In this document: in pieces, positions 18,960-26,770 of the stretch
Position numbering within the stretch: position 1 is the stretch's first letter
Layout: each line of letters opens with the position of its first letter
NCBI GenBank assembly: GCA_963765635.1
Contig: CAVXXF010000004.1
Location: 1,348,932 to 1,412,931, forward strand
DNA from: an uncultured Thermoleophilia bacterium
GTDB taxonomy: Bacteria; Actinomycetota; Thermoleophilia; UBA2241
Direction: 5' to 3'
DNA: 64,000 bases
Notes under the pieces: model-generated
Told to the model about the DNA's origin: nothing
Database searches by the model: none
Seen by the model: the letters and a program-made list of their open reading frames with translations, nothing else
Made by a program: the position numbers and the translations under genes

Positions 18960-20081
18960 ATGGCCGACGACGACAGACGCGACGAGGGCTTGGGGAGGCC
19001 GCCGCTCGACGCCGCCGACGAGTGGTCGGACTGGCTCGACCCCGGCGAGGGCGCGCAGGGCCGCGCGCCGGCCGCCGGCGACGGACCCGGCGGCCCGTTC
19101 GGCGCGGACGCGCTCGGTCACGTGCCCGCGCCTCGCCGGCCGCGCCGCCGCCGGCTCTCCGCCGGCGCCGTCCTCGCGGCCATGCTGCTCGGCTTCTTCG
19201 TCGCGGGGCTGCTCGACGCCAAGGCCATCGAGAGCGAGGTCAAGGGCAAGCCGCTGGGCACCGCGCGCAGCGTCCAGCTCGCCCTGCTCAGGCCCATCGT
19301 CGTTCTCGGCGGCGCCCTGCAGCTCGACCGCCCGGCGGAAGCGCTCAATGCCGCGCTCGGTCGCGGCGAAGCCGCGCATCATTCCATCGCCGAGGTCAAG
19401 GACAAGGTCAAGCCCAAGTGGCCGCGCACGATCACCCGCAAGGACCCGCTGCGGCTGTACATCATCGGGGATTCCATGGCTCAGGTCTTCGGCTCGTCGC
19501 TCGAGAACCTCGCTGAGGAGACGCGCTTCATCACGGCCAAGCTCGAGTACAAGGTGTCGAGCGGGCTGACGCGCCCCGACTTCTTCGACTGGCCGCAGCG
19601 CATGATCGACCAGATCGTGGAGTACGACCCCGACGCCACCGCGGTGCTGTTCGGCGCCAACGACGGCCAGAACGTGTACTACAAGGGCAAGGTGCTGAAG
19701 GTGGGGAGCAAGGCTTGGCAGGAGGTCTACGCCAAGCGCGTGGGCAAGGCCATGGACATCCTGACCAAGGGCGGACGCCGGGCATACTGGGTCGGCAACC
19801 CGATCATGGGCGACCCCGGTTATCGCGACCGCATCTCGATGATGGACAAGATCTACAAGGCCGAAGCCAGGAAGCATCCGGGCGTCTTCTACGTCCCCAC
19901 GTGGGCGCTGTTCGCCGACGCGAAGGGCTCCTACACGGAGTACCTGCCGGACGCGAGCGGCGACCCCGTGCTCATGCGCGCCCCCGACGGCATCCACCTC
20001 ACGCGAGCCGGCGGCGACCGCATGGCGCAGGCCGCGCTCGACGTCATCGAGAGAGACTGGAGCATCCCACAGCAGCCGTGA
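18960..20081 (+). CDS. Membrane-anchored SGNH/GDSL hydrolase-like protein, paralog 3, downstream of MBOAT copy 2
   Basis: SGNH blocks LYIIGDSMAQ, LFGANDGQ, DGIHLT. Acidic N-terminal extension then TM. ATG 18960 (alternative GTG 18954). Confidence 0.8.
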   Translation: MADDDRRDEGLGRPPLDAADEWSDWLDPGEGAQGRAPAAGDGPGGPFGADALGHVPAPRRPRRRRLSAGAVLAAMLLGFFVAGLLDAKAIESEVKGKPLGTARSVQLALLRPIVVLGGALQLDRPAEALNAALGRGEAAHHSIAEVKDKVKPKWPRTITRKDPLRLYIIGDSMAQVFGSSLENLAEETRFITAKLEYKVSSGLTRPDFFDWPQRMIDQIVEYDPDATAVLFGANDGQNVYYKGKVLKVGSKAWQEVYAKRVGKAMDILTKGGRRAYWVGNPIMGDPGYRDRISMMDKIYKAEARKHPGVFYVPTWALFADAKGSYTEYLPDASGDPVLMRAPDGIHLTRAGGDRMAQAALDVIERDWSIPQQP

Positions 20082-20137
20082 GGCCGCCGGACGGGAGTGT
20101 CAGGCGGGCTCGGGCAGCTCCGGCCCGGCGAAGGTCC

Positions 20138-21061
20138 TCATCCGGCGGCGATCAGGGCGATGCCGGCCAGGGTCCCCGCGGCGCCCACCATCTGGTGCGG
20201 CGCGATGCGTTCGCGGAGCAGGCCGTACGCCAGCAGGACGGTCACCACGGGGTAGACGGACCCCATCACGGCGACGATGCTCAAGTAACCCTTCGTGGTC
20301 GCCACCGCGAAGAGGCCGTTGGCGCCCGTGTCCAGGAGGCCGACGGCGATCACGAACGGCAGGGCCGAGCGGCGCATCTCCAGGTGCGGTCGAAGTACCA
20401 GGAAGCCCACGCCGAACACGATCACCGAGGAGATGCGTCCGCCGAGCATCGCCCAGAGGGGGTCGTAGCGCGCCGTGGCGTCGAAGCCCACCAGCACGAG
20501 GCCCATGGCCACCGCGGCTGTCAGGGCCAGGGCGATCGCCTTGTGTTGGTCGCGGCGCGACACCCCGCTCGCCGTCCTGGCTCCCCTGAGGGTCGCCGGC
20601 TCGACTGCCGGCCCGCTGGGCAGCGCCGCGACGCCGATGGTGTCGCCGGCGCGGCCGTGCTCGCTGGCCACCAGCAGGACGCCGGCTGCGGCGAGGGCTA
20701 CGCCGGCGAGCTGCATCGGGCTCGGGCGCTCGCCGAGCGCCAGCCCGACGAGGAAGGGGATCATGGCGTTGGTGGCGCTGATCGGCGCCACGATGCTCAT
20801 CGAACCGATGGCGAGGGCCTTGTAGAAGCAGGAGATGGCGACTGCGCCGGCCAGGCCGCCGAGAAAGACCGGCCACACGGCGTGCAGCCCCGGCCATCCG
20901 TGGCCGGTGAGGACGACCACCAGCGCGGCCGCAATGAGGCCGACCGTCTGGCTGCCGACGATCACCGCCCAGAGGCTGGCGCGCCGGGTGGTGAGCCCCC
21001 CGAGAAAATCGCCGGAGCCCCAGCCGATCGACGCCCCGAGGGCGAGTGCGATGGCGAGCAT
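20138..21061 (-). CDS. EamA/DMT-family transporter
   Basis: 307 aa, 10 TM segments in two repeated halves typical of the drug/metabolite transporter superfamily. Confidence 0.85.
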   Translation of the reverse strand: MLAIALALGASIGWGSGDFLGGLTTRRASLWAVIVGSQTVGLIAAALVVVLTGHGWPGLHAVWPVFLGGLAGAVAISCFYKALAIGSMSIVAPISATNAMIPFLVGLALGERPSPMQLAGVALAAAGVLLVASEHGRAGDTIGVAALPSGPAVEPATLRGARTASGVSRRDQHKAIALALTAAVAMGLVLVGFDATARYDPLWAMLGGRISSVIVFGVGFLVLRPHLEMRRSALPFVIAVGLLDTGANGLFAVATTKGYLSIVAVMGSVYPVVTVLLAYGLLRERIAPHQMVGAAGTLAGIALIAAG

Positions 21062-21136
21062 GCCCCGAGGCTATCACGACGGGTGGTAGGCTTTGGCGAC
21101 GGCGACGGCGACTTCCGCGTCGCCGTCGCCAGACGC

Positions 21137-21496
21137 ATGTGCCCGCCCGCCGACATCCCGGACAGCGACGCCGCCCTCCTCGCCGAGTGCGAGGTGGAGA
21201 CCTTTCGCGCCGGCGGCCCCGGCGGTCAGCACCAGAACAAGACCGACAGCGCGGTGCGGCTGCGGCACAGGCCCACGGGCCTCACGGTCACTTGCCGGGC
21301 GCAGCGCAGCCAGTACCTTAACAAGAAGGACGCGCTGCGCCGCCTGCGGCTCAAGCTCGTCAAGTTCTGCGCGCCGCCGGCGCCGCCGCGCAGGGCCACC
21401 AGGCCCTCACGCGCCGCGGTGGAGCGGCGCCTCACCGCCAAGAAAGGCCGTGCCGTCGTCAAGCGCTTGCGGCGGCCGCCCGCCGGCGACGACTGA
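21137..21496 (+). CDS. arfB: Alternative ribosome-rescue factor ArfB (peptidyl-tRNA hydrolase, RF-1 GGQ domain)
   Basis: GPGGQHQNKTDSAVRLRH...RSQYLNKKDALRRLRLKL plus basic C-terminal tail; hidden in the last 120 codons of a 593-aa spurious track ORF; ATG 21137. Confidence 0.8.
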   Translation: MCPPADIPDSDAALLAECEVETFRAGGPGGQHQNKTDSAVRLRHRPTGLTVTCRAQRSQYLNKKDALRRLRLKLVKFCAPPAPPRRATRPSRAAVERRLTAKKGRAVVKRLRRPPAGDD

Positions 21497-21542
21497 GGCG
21501 GCGGCCACGAGCGTCCTCATCGCACTTCTGGCCGTAGCCTTC

Positions 21543-22319
21543 GTGGCCGGGGTCTTCGGAAGCATGCTCGGGGTGGGCGGGGGCCTCATCATGGTGCCCA
21601 TGCTGAGCCTGGCCTTCGGCGTGCCCATCAAGGTCGCCATCGCCACGAGTATCGTCTGCGTGATCGCGACATCGTCGATGGCGCAGACCACCTTCGTGAG
21701 CCGGGGGATGACCAACGTCCGCCTGGCGATGCTGCTCGAGGTGGCGACCACGGTCGGGGCCGTATCCGGCGGGATCACGGCGGTGCTCGTCGACGGCCGC
21801 GTACTGCAGTTCGCCTTCGCGGCCCTCCTCTTCTATGTCGCCTGGCAGATGAACCGCCGCGGCGGTGACGTGATACCGGCGCGGACCGGCGTGCTCGAGG
21901 CGGCCTACTACGACCCGGCCGCCGGCCAGGATGTCGAGTACGGCGTGCATGGCGTGCGCCTTGGATTCGGGCTCAGTCTCGGGGCCGGCAGCGTCTCGGG
22001 TCTTCTGGGGGTCGGCGGCGGCGCCTTCAAGGTGCCGATCATGAACCTGCTGATGGGCGTCCCACTCAAAGCGACCATCGCCACCAGCAACCTGATGATC
22101 GGGATCACCGCGGCCGCCGGCGCGGCGATCTTCTACGGCCGCGGCTACATCGACCCGTATTACGCGGTGCCGGCTGCGCTCGGCATCCTCGCCGGCGCTC
22201 GCCTGGGGCCCCGCTTCGCAATGCGCCTGTCCGCACGGTCTCTCAGCGTCATCTTCCAGGTCGTTCTGACGATCTTCGCCGCGATGATGCTCTTCAAGGG
22301 TCTGGGGCTCTGGCAGTGA
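21543..22319 (+). CDS. TauE/SafE (DUF81) family sulfite/anion exporter; start uncertain
   Basis: Two repeated halves each with G-rich motif (MLGVGGGLIMVPML and LGVGGGAFKVPIM). N-terminal 140 codons of the track ORF are spurious. First plausible start is GTG 21543. Confidence 0.75.
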   Translation: MAGVFGSMLGVGGGLIMVPMLSLAFGVPIKVAIATSIVCVIATSSMAQTTFVSRGMTNVRLAMLLEVATTVGAVSGGITAVLVDGRVLQFAFAALLFYVAWQMNRRGGDVIPARTGVLEAAYYDPAAGQDVEYGVHGVRLGFGLSLGAGSVSGLLGVGGGAFKVPIMNLLMGVPLKATIATSNLMIGITAAAGAAIFYGRGYIDPYYAVPAALGILAGARLGPRFAMRLSARSLSVIFQVVLTIFAAMMLFKGLGLWQ

Positions 22320-22693
22320 GCGCGCATCAGGTCGAGGCATCGCGAAATCGAGCGCACGTCATGGAGCCGATCGAGCGCACCATCCACGGGATCCTGTTGT
22401 GCGGTATCGCGCTCAGCGTCGCGCTCATGGCGGCTGGTCTGGTGCTCGCCGTGGCCAGGGGGGGCGGACTTCCACGCGCGGTCGTGCCGCTCTCTGAACT
22501 TCCTGGCGCATTGGCCGCCTTGCGGCCGGCGGCCTATCTCTCGCTGGGCCTTGTCGTGCTCATCGGCACGCCTTTCGTGCGCGTCGCGGGGTCGCTGGTC
22601 GTCTTCGCCAGGGAGCGCGACCGGCGTTACGTGCTGGTGACGGCGATCGTCCTGCTCGTGATGTGCGCCAGCGTGGTGCTCGGCAGGGCCTGA
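22316..22693 (+). CDS. DUF1634-like small membrane protein (common TauE partner)
   Basis: 125 aa, two to three TM helices, GTGA overlap with TauE stop; the DUF81-DUF1634 pairing is a known conserved gene pair. Confidence 0.65.
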   Translation: MSAHQVEASRNRAHVMEPIERTIHGILLCGIALSVALMAAGLVLAVARGGGLPRAVVPLSELPGALAALRPAAYLSLGLVVLIGTPFVRVAGSLVVFARERDRRYVLVTAIVLLVMCASVVLGRA

Positions 22694-22718
22694 GCAGGGC
22701 GCGGCTGACGCCGGGATC

Positions 22719-23978
22719 CTAGAAGGCGCAGGAGGGGCCGCTGTCGACCCCGCGCACCGCGGCTGCGGCCCTGCGCCCCGACACCATCGCCCCCTGGATG
22801 GAGGCCGTGTCGCGATGGTCGCCGCACACGAAAAGCCCGTCGCGCAGGCGTACGGCGCGCTGAGGCCGGGCCAGGACTGTGGGCGGCTGGGCGGGCAATG
22901 CGAACGGGATGCGGTACACGGCCAGCCGCCGCCAGCCGTCCACCTGGGCGCCGAACCAGCCGCGCAGCTGCTCGCGGACGGCGGCCTCGACGCCGTCGTC
23001 GTCCAGCGGCGGGATGCCGAGCATGGTGGCCGAGACGAGCGCCGCCCCCGGCGGCGCGTAGCTCGGCGCCACGTCGCTCGGCACGCAGAGATCGTTCACA
23101 GGGCCACGGCCCTCGCCGTCGAGGACGAGGATGGGCTCGCCGAGCGGCGAGCGCTCCGCGGCGAAGTAGATGCAGGTGGTGGCCCGGGCGGCCGGCGCCT
23201 CCAGGGCGCCGGTGAGCCGGGCCGCCTCCGGCCCGTCGGCCGCCACGACCACCATGCCGGCCTCGAGGCGCTCGCCGCCGGCGAGCGTCACGCCGGCGCG
23301 GTCGACCGACTCGACCGTGACGCCGAGGCGGACGGTCGCCTGCGGCAGGCTCTCCGCCAGCTGGCGAGGGATCGCCTGCATGCCGGCGGCCGGAAGCGCC
23401 GCTTCGCCCTCCGCAAAGAGCTTGAACACGTAGGCGAAGAGGCGGCTCGAGGTCTCCAGCTCGGGGTCGAGGAAGATGCCGCCAAGGTAGGGCCGAAAGA
23501 AGCCGTCCACCATGGCCGGCGAGAACCCCTCACTATGCAGCGCCTCCGCCGTGGTCACCTGCGGCGCCTCCAGCACTTCGTTGAGGGAGGCGCCCGAGAG
23601 GCGCCGGCGCAGGCGCGCGACGCGCAGCTTGTCGAGGACGCTGCCGGGTCCTGTGCGCAGGCCGCGCGCGGCGTCGAGCGGGTGCCGCAGTGGGTCGGCG
23701 AAGCGGGTGAACGCGCCGCGATGACGGACCAGCGCTCCAGCGTAGAAGGGCCGCAGGCCCAGACGCTCGTAGTCGAGCACGCGGCGCGCTTCGGGGTAAG
23801 CGGTCAGCAGCACCTGAAAGCCACGGTCGAGCAGGAAGCCGTCCGCCTTGTCGGTGCGCAGGCGCCCGCCCGGGGCGTCGCCTCTCTCGAGCACCTGGAC
23901 GGCCACGCCGTGGTCCGCGAGCTCGCGGGCGCAGCACAGCCCGGCCAGTCCGGCGCCGACGACGATGACGTCGCTCAC
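22719..23978 (-). CDS. NAD(P)/FAD-dependent oxidoreductase (amine-oxidase/protoporphyrinogen-oxidase-like)
   Basis: GTG start then dinucleotide-binding VIVVGAGLAGLCCARELADHGVAVQVLERGDAPGGR. C-terminal amine-oxidase-type fold. Upstream 194 codons of the track ORF are spurious. GTGA overlap with the MarR stop. Confidence 0.8.
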   Translation of the reverse strand: MSDVIVVGAGLAGLCCARELADHGVAVQVLERGDAPGGRLRTDKADGFLLDRGFQVLLTAYPEARRVLDYERLGLRPFYAGALVRHRGAFTRFADPLRHPLDAARGLRTGPGSVLDKLRVARLRRRLSGASLNEVLEAPQVTTAEALHSEGFSPAMVDGFFRPYLGGIFLDPELETSSRLFAYVFKLFAEGEAALPAAGMQAIPRQLAESLPQATVRLGVTVESVDRAGVTLAGGERLEAGMVVVAADGPEAARLTGALEAPAARATTCIYFAAERSPLGEPILVLDGEGRGPVNDLCVPSDVAPSYAPPGAALVSATMLGIPPLDDDGVEAAVREQLRGWFGAQVDGWRRLAVYRIPFALPAQPPTVLARPQRAVRLRDGLFVCGDHRDTASIQGAMVSGRRAAAAVRGVDSGPSCAF

Positions 23979-24487
23979 GCGCCGTCGCCGTCGTCGGCGG
24001 TCGGCTCGTCGGGCGTCGTGGCGCCCGGCGCGAGGCGCTCCCAGTAGTCCGCGAGCCGAGTGAGGTCCGCTTCGCTGAAGTGCCGCACGAAGAGGTCGCG
24101 CACGCCGGCCAGATGAGTGGCGCGAGCGTTTCTGAAAGCCGTCTCGCCACGGCTCGTGAGCACCGCCCAGTAGCCGCGTCCGTCTGAGGAGCACCGCTCG
24201 CGGCACACGAGGCCGTCTCGCTCCAGGCGGTCGACCAGTCGGCTCACGCCGCTCGCACTGAGCAGCACGGAGCGAGAGAGATCGCTCATGCGCAGGCGGT
24301 GCCGGGGAGCTTCCTCGAGTCGGAGCAGTACCTCGTAGGACCGCAACGCCAGGCCGTGAGCGGCCGTGAGCTCCGCGTCCATTTCGCGAAACAGAGAAGC
24401 GTGCGCGCGCAGCATGCCGCGCCACGCCGCCAGTTCGGCCGGCCTGAGGTCCGAAGCGGTCTCGTGCATCGCTACCACGCGCCTCAC
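23975..24487 (-). CDS. MarR family transcriptional regulator
   Basis: 170 aa; winged-helix region LRMSDLSRSVLLSASGVSRLVDRLERDGLV; coupled to the downstream oxidoreductase. Confidence 0.8.
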   Translation of the reverse strand: MRRVVAMHETASDLRPAELAAWRGMLRAHASLFREMDAELTAAHGLALRSYEVLLRLEEAPRHRLRMSDLSRSVLLSASGVSRLVDRLERDGLVCRERCSSDGRGYWAVLTSRGETAFRNARATHLAGVRDLFVRHFSEADLTRLADYWERLAPGATTPDEPTADDGDGA

Positions 24488-24601
24488 TTCCTTGAGCGGT
24501 CAAGCGTAGTATACCCATCCGCCGGTCGGCGTTGTTGCATGACCTGCGGGGGGTCATCACCTGGGGGATGGGTCTCGCGCCGCCGCCGCGGGCGGCACGC
24601 G

Positions 24602-25969
24602 TCAGTTTCTGACGCGCTCGCGCTGCTCCGCGCCGTGGAGCACCACCTGGTCACGCCCCGCCGCCTTGGCGCGATACAGCGCCCTGTCGGCCAGTTCCAT
24701 GAGGGCGTCGAGGTCGGTGGCGTCGCGCGGGCAGGTCGCCACGCCGACGCTGATCGTGATGTTGGCTTCCGCCGGCAGTCCGAGGCCGGTGTAACGCGTG
24801 TCGCTCAAGGTACGCCGCACGCGCTCGGCCACGTAGTAGGCGTTTTCGCCGGGCGTGCTTGGGAGCAGGACGGCGAACTCCTCGCCGCCGTGTCGCGCGC
24901 ACACGTCGGGCTTGCGCAGGGCGTCTTGCATGGCCCGCGCGACCGTCTGCAGCACGCGGTCGCCGGTGGCGTGACCGTACGTATCGTTGAACTCCTTGAA
25001 GTGATCGATGTCGACCATGAGGACGCTCAGCGGCTCCTGGTGTCGCAGGCTTCGCTCGATCTCCTCGCCGGCGCGGTTCATGAAGTATCGCCGGTTGTAG
25101 AGGCGTGTAAGGTGATCGGTGACGACCTGGCGGCGGATCGCGTCGTACTTGTGGGCGTTCGTCAGCGCGGTCTGTACGTGGTTCTGCAGCGCCACGAGGA
25201 TGTCGTCCGAGAGCAGCGCGACGTATTCGCCCGACGTGGACGTGGCGAGTAGGGCCAGGTCGCCGATGTTCTCGACGTGCACGGGGATCACGAGCTGGTC
25301 CTTCATGGTGTGCGGGAAGAGCGTGCAGGTGTGGCCCGTGGTGCGCGTCAGGTTGCCGCCGGCGATCGCCTGGCGCACGGGGCAATCCGGCGAGAAGGCG
25401 CAGCACTCCGAGGAGATCGTGGGGGAGAGGACGCCCTGCGCGCCCTCGAGTGAGAACGCGCGCGCGTCGGCGTCGAGCAGCAGCAGGGCGGCGAAGTCCG
25501 CATGCAGAAAGGCCTTGCTGCGCGACAGCACGCGCTCCACCGTCTCCCGGTACGGCAAGGCGGCGTTCATCTCCTTGCCGAGCTCGCCGACGTCCATGAG
25601 CTGTCGGTTGAGCGCGCGCATGCGCTCGAGGTCCGCCTTGATGCTCTGCGAGACCCACTCCTTGTCTTCGGCGGCCGTGAACACGGCGATGAGCGTGCCG
25701 ACCAGATGCCCGAGCTCGCGGGTCTCGTCGCGATAGTAGGGGTCGCTGCGATTGTAGTTGCCGCCGAGCCTCTGGCGGGCGCGCCGGATCAGCCCGTTGA
25801 GAGGCCGGTAGACCCAGAGGTCGAACGTCAGGGCGATGAGCACGAACACCACCAGCACGGCGGCGGCGAGTTGCCAGGTAGACTGGAGGTCGATCCAGGT
25901 GGCGAGCACGTACAGGAAGCCGCCGAGGGTGACGGCGACGACCGCGGTCGTCTTGAGCTGGAGGCTCAC
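24602..25969 (-). CDS. Membrane-anchored GAF-GGDEF diguanylate cyclase
   Basis: Two N-terminal TM helices, GAF-like middle region, GGDEF domain with intact RHGGEEF active site and RxxD-type I-site context. Confidence 0.85.
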   Translation of the reverse strand: MSLQLKTTAVVAVTLGGFLYVLATWIDLQSTWQLAAAVLVVFVLIALTFDLWVYRPLNGLIRRARQRLGGNYNRSDPYYRDETRELGHLVGTLIAVFTAAEDKEWVSQSIKADLERMRALNRQLMDVGELGKEMNAALPYRETVERVLSRSKAFLHADFAALLLLDADARAFSLEGAQGVLSPTISSECCAFSPDCPVRQAIAGGNLTRTTGHTCTLFPHTMKDQLVIPVHVENIGDLALLATSTSGEYVALLSDDILVALQNHVQTALTNAHKYDAIRRQVVTDHLTRLYNRRYFMNRAGEEIERSLRHQEPLSVLMVDIDHFKEFNDTYGHATGDRVLQTVARAMQDALRKPDVCARHGGEEFAVLLPSTPGENAYYVAERVRRTLSDTRYTGLGLPAEANITISVGVATCPRDATDLDALMELADRALYRAKAAGRDQVVLHGAEQRERVRN

Positions 25970-26132
25970 TCCGCGTTTGTAGCCGAGGCTGCCGCCTCGA
26001 CGCTCATCACCAGGCTTGTCCGACGTAGCGTGCCTCTCGGTGGACTGCGACTACACCCGGTATCGGCAGATGCGCGCCTTCCATGATAGGCGTGGCTGGC
26101 TGGAAGCGAGGGAGAGCGGGGGGGCTCGGCGC

Positions 26133-26318
26133 TCAGAGACGGCCGAGGATGCGGCGGTCGTAGGTGCGCCGCGGGCTCCAGCGCCGCTCGCCGATGCGCC
26201 GGTCGCGTACGTAGTACGGGCATACGGCGCAGTACGTGCTGCACGTGAGGCGAGTGTCCACCTCGGCGACGCAGAGCATCGGCTGCAGGGTGTTGCGAGG
26301 TTCCTTCGTCATGGTCAC
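26133..26318 (-). CDS. Hypothetical 61-aa Cys-rich protein (C-x9-C-x3-C-x2-C)
   Basis: MTMTKEPRNTLQPMLCVAEVDTRLTCSTYCAVCPYYVRDRRIGERRWSPRRTYDRRILGRL. Strong GC3 codon bias consistent with coding. Sits between the receiver and GGDEF genes on the same strand. No family recognised. Confidence 0.4.
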   Translation of the reverse strand: MTMTKEPRNTLQPMLCVAEVDTRLTCSTYCAVCPYYVRDRRIGERRWSPRRTYDRRILGRL

Positions 26319-26388
26319 CTGACTTGTACGCCGCAGGAGCGTCGGCTCCTGCCCGCTGCCACACCGCGGCTGCGGGCGCCGGCGGCGC

Positions 26389-26757
26389 TCAGTCCTGCAG
26401 ATAGCTTGCCACGACGGTGAGCACCTGGGCGATGCGGAACGGTTTCGTGATGTAGCCGTCGATGCCGACGTCGGTGGCCCGCTCCATGTCGGTGGCCATT
26501 GCCTTGGCGGAGAGACCGACGATGGTGATGTCGCGCGTTGTCGCGTCGGCTTTGAGCTCGCTCACAGCCTCGTAGCCGCTCACGATCGGCATCATCATGT
26601 CCATGAGCACGAGGTCGGGATGATGCTGCCTGGCAAGATCGACCGCCTCACGCCCGTTAGTCGCCTTGTAGACGGTATAGCCCTGCGTCTCGAGCGACAT
26701 CGACACGATGCTCAGGATATCGGGGTCGTCGTCGGCTACCAGAATGGCCTTCGCCAC
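26389..26757 (-). CDS. Single-domain response regulator (CheY-like receiver)
   Basis: ILVADDDPD...D (phospho-acceptor in LVLMDMMMP)...GLSAKA...GYITKPF; no output domain. Confidence 0.85.
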   Translation of the reverse strand: MAKAILVADDDPDILSIVSMSLETQGYTVYKATNGREAVDLARQHHPDLVLMDMMMPIVSGYEAVSELKADATTRDITIVGLSAKAMATDMERATDVGIDGYITKPFRIAQVLTVVASYLQD

Positions 26758-26770
26758 GGTGCGTACCTCC

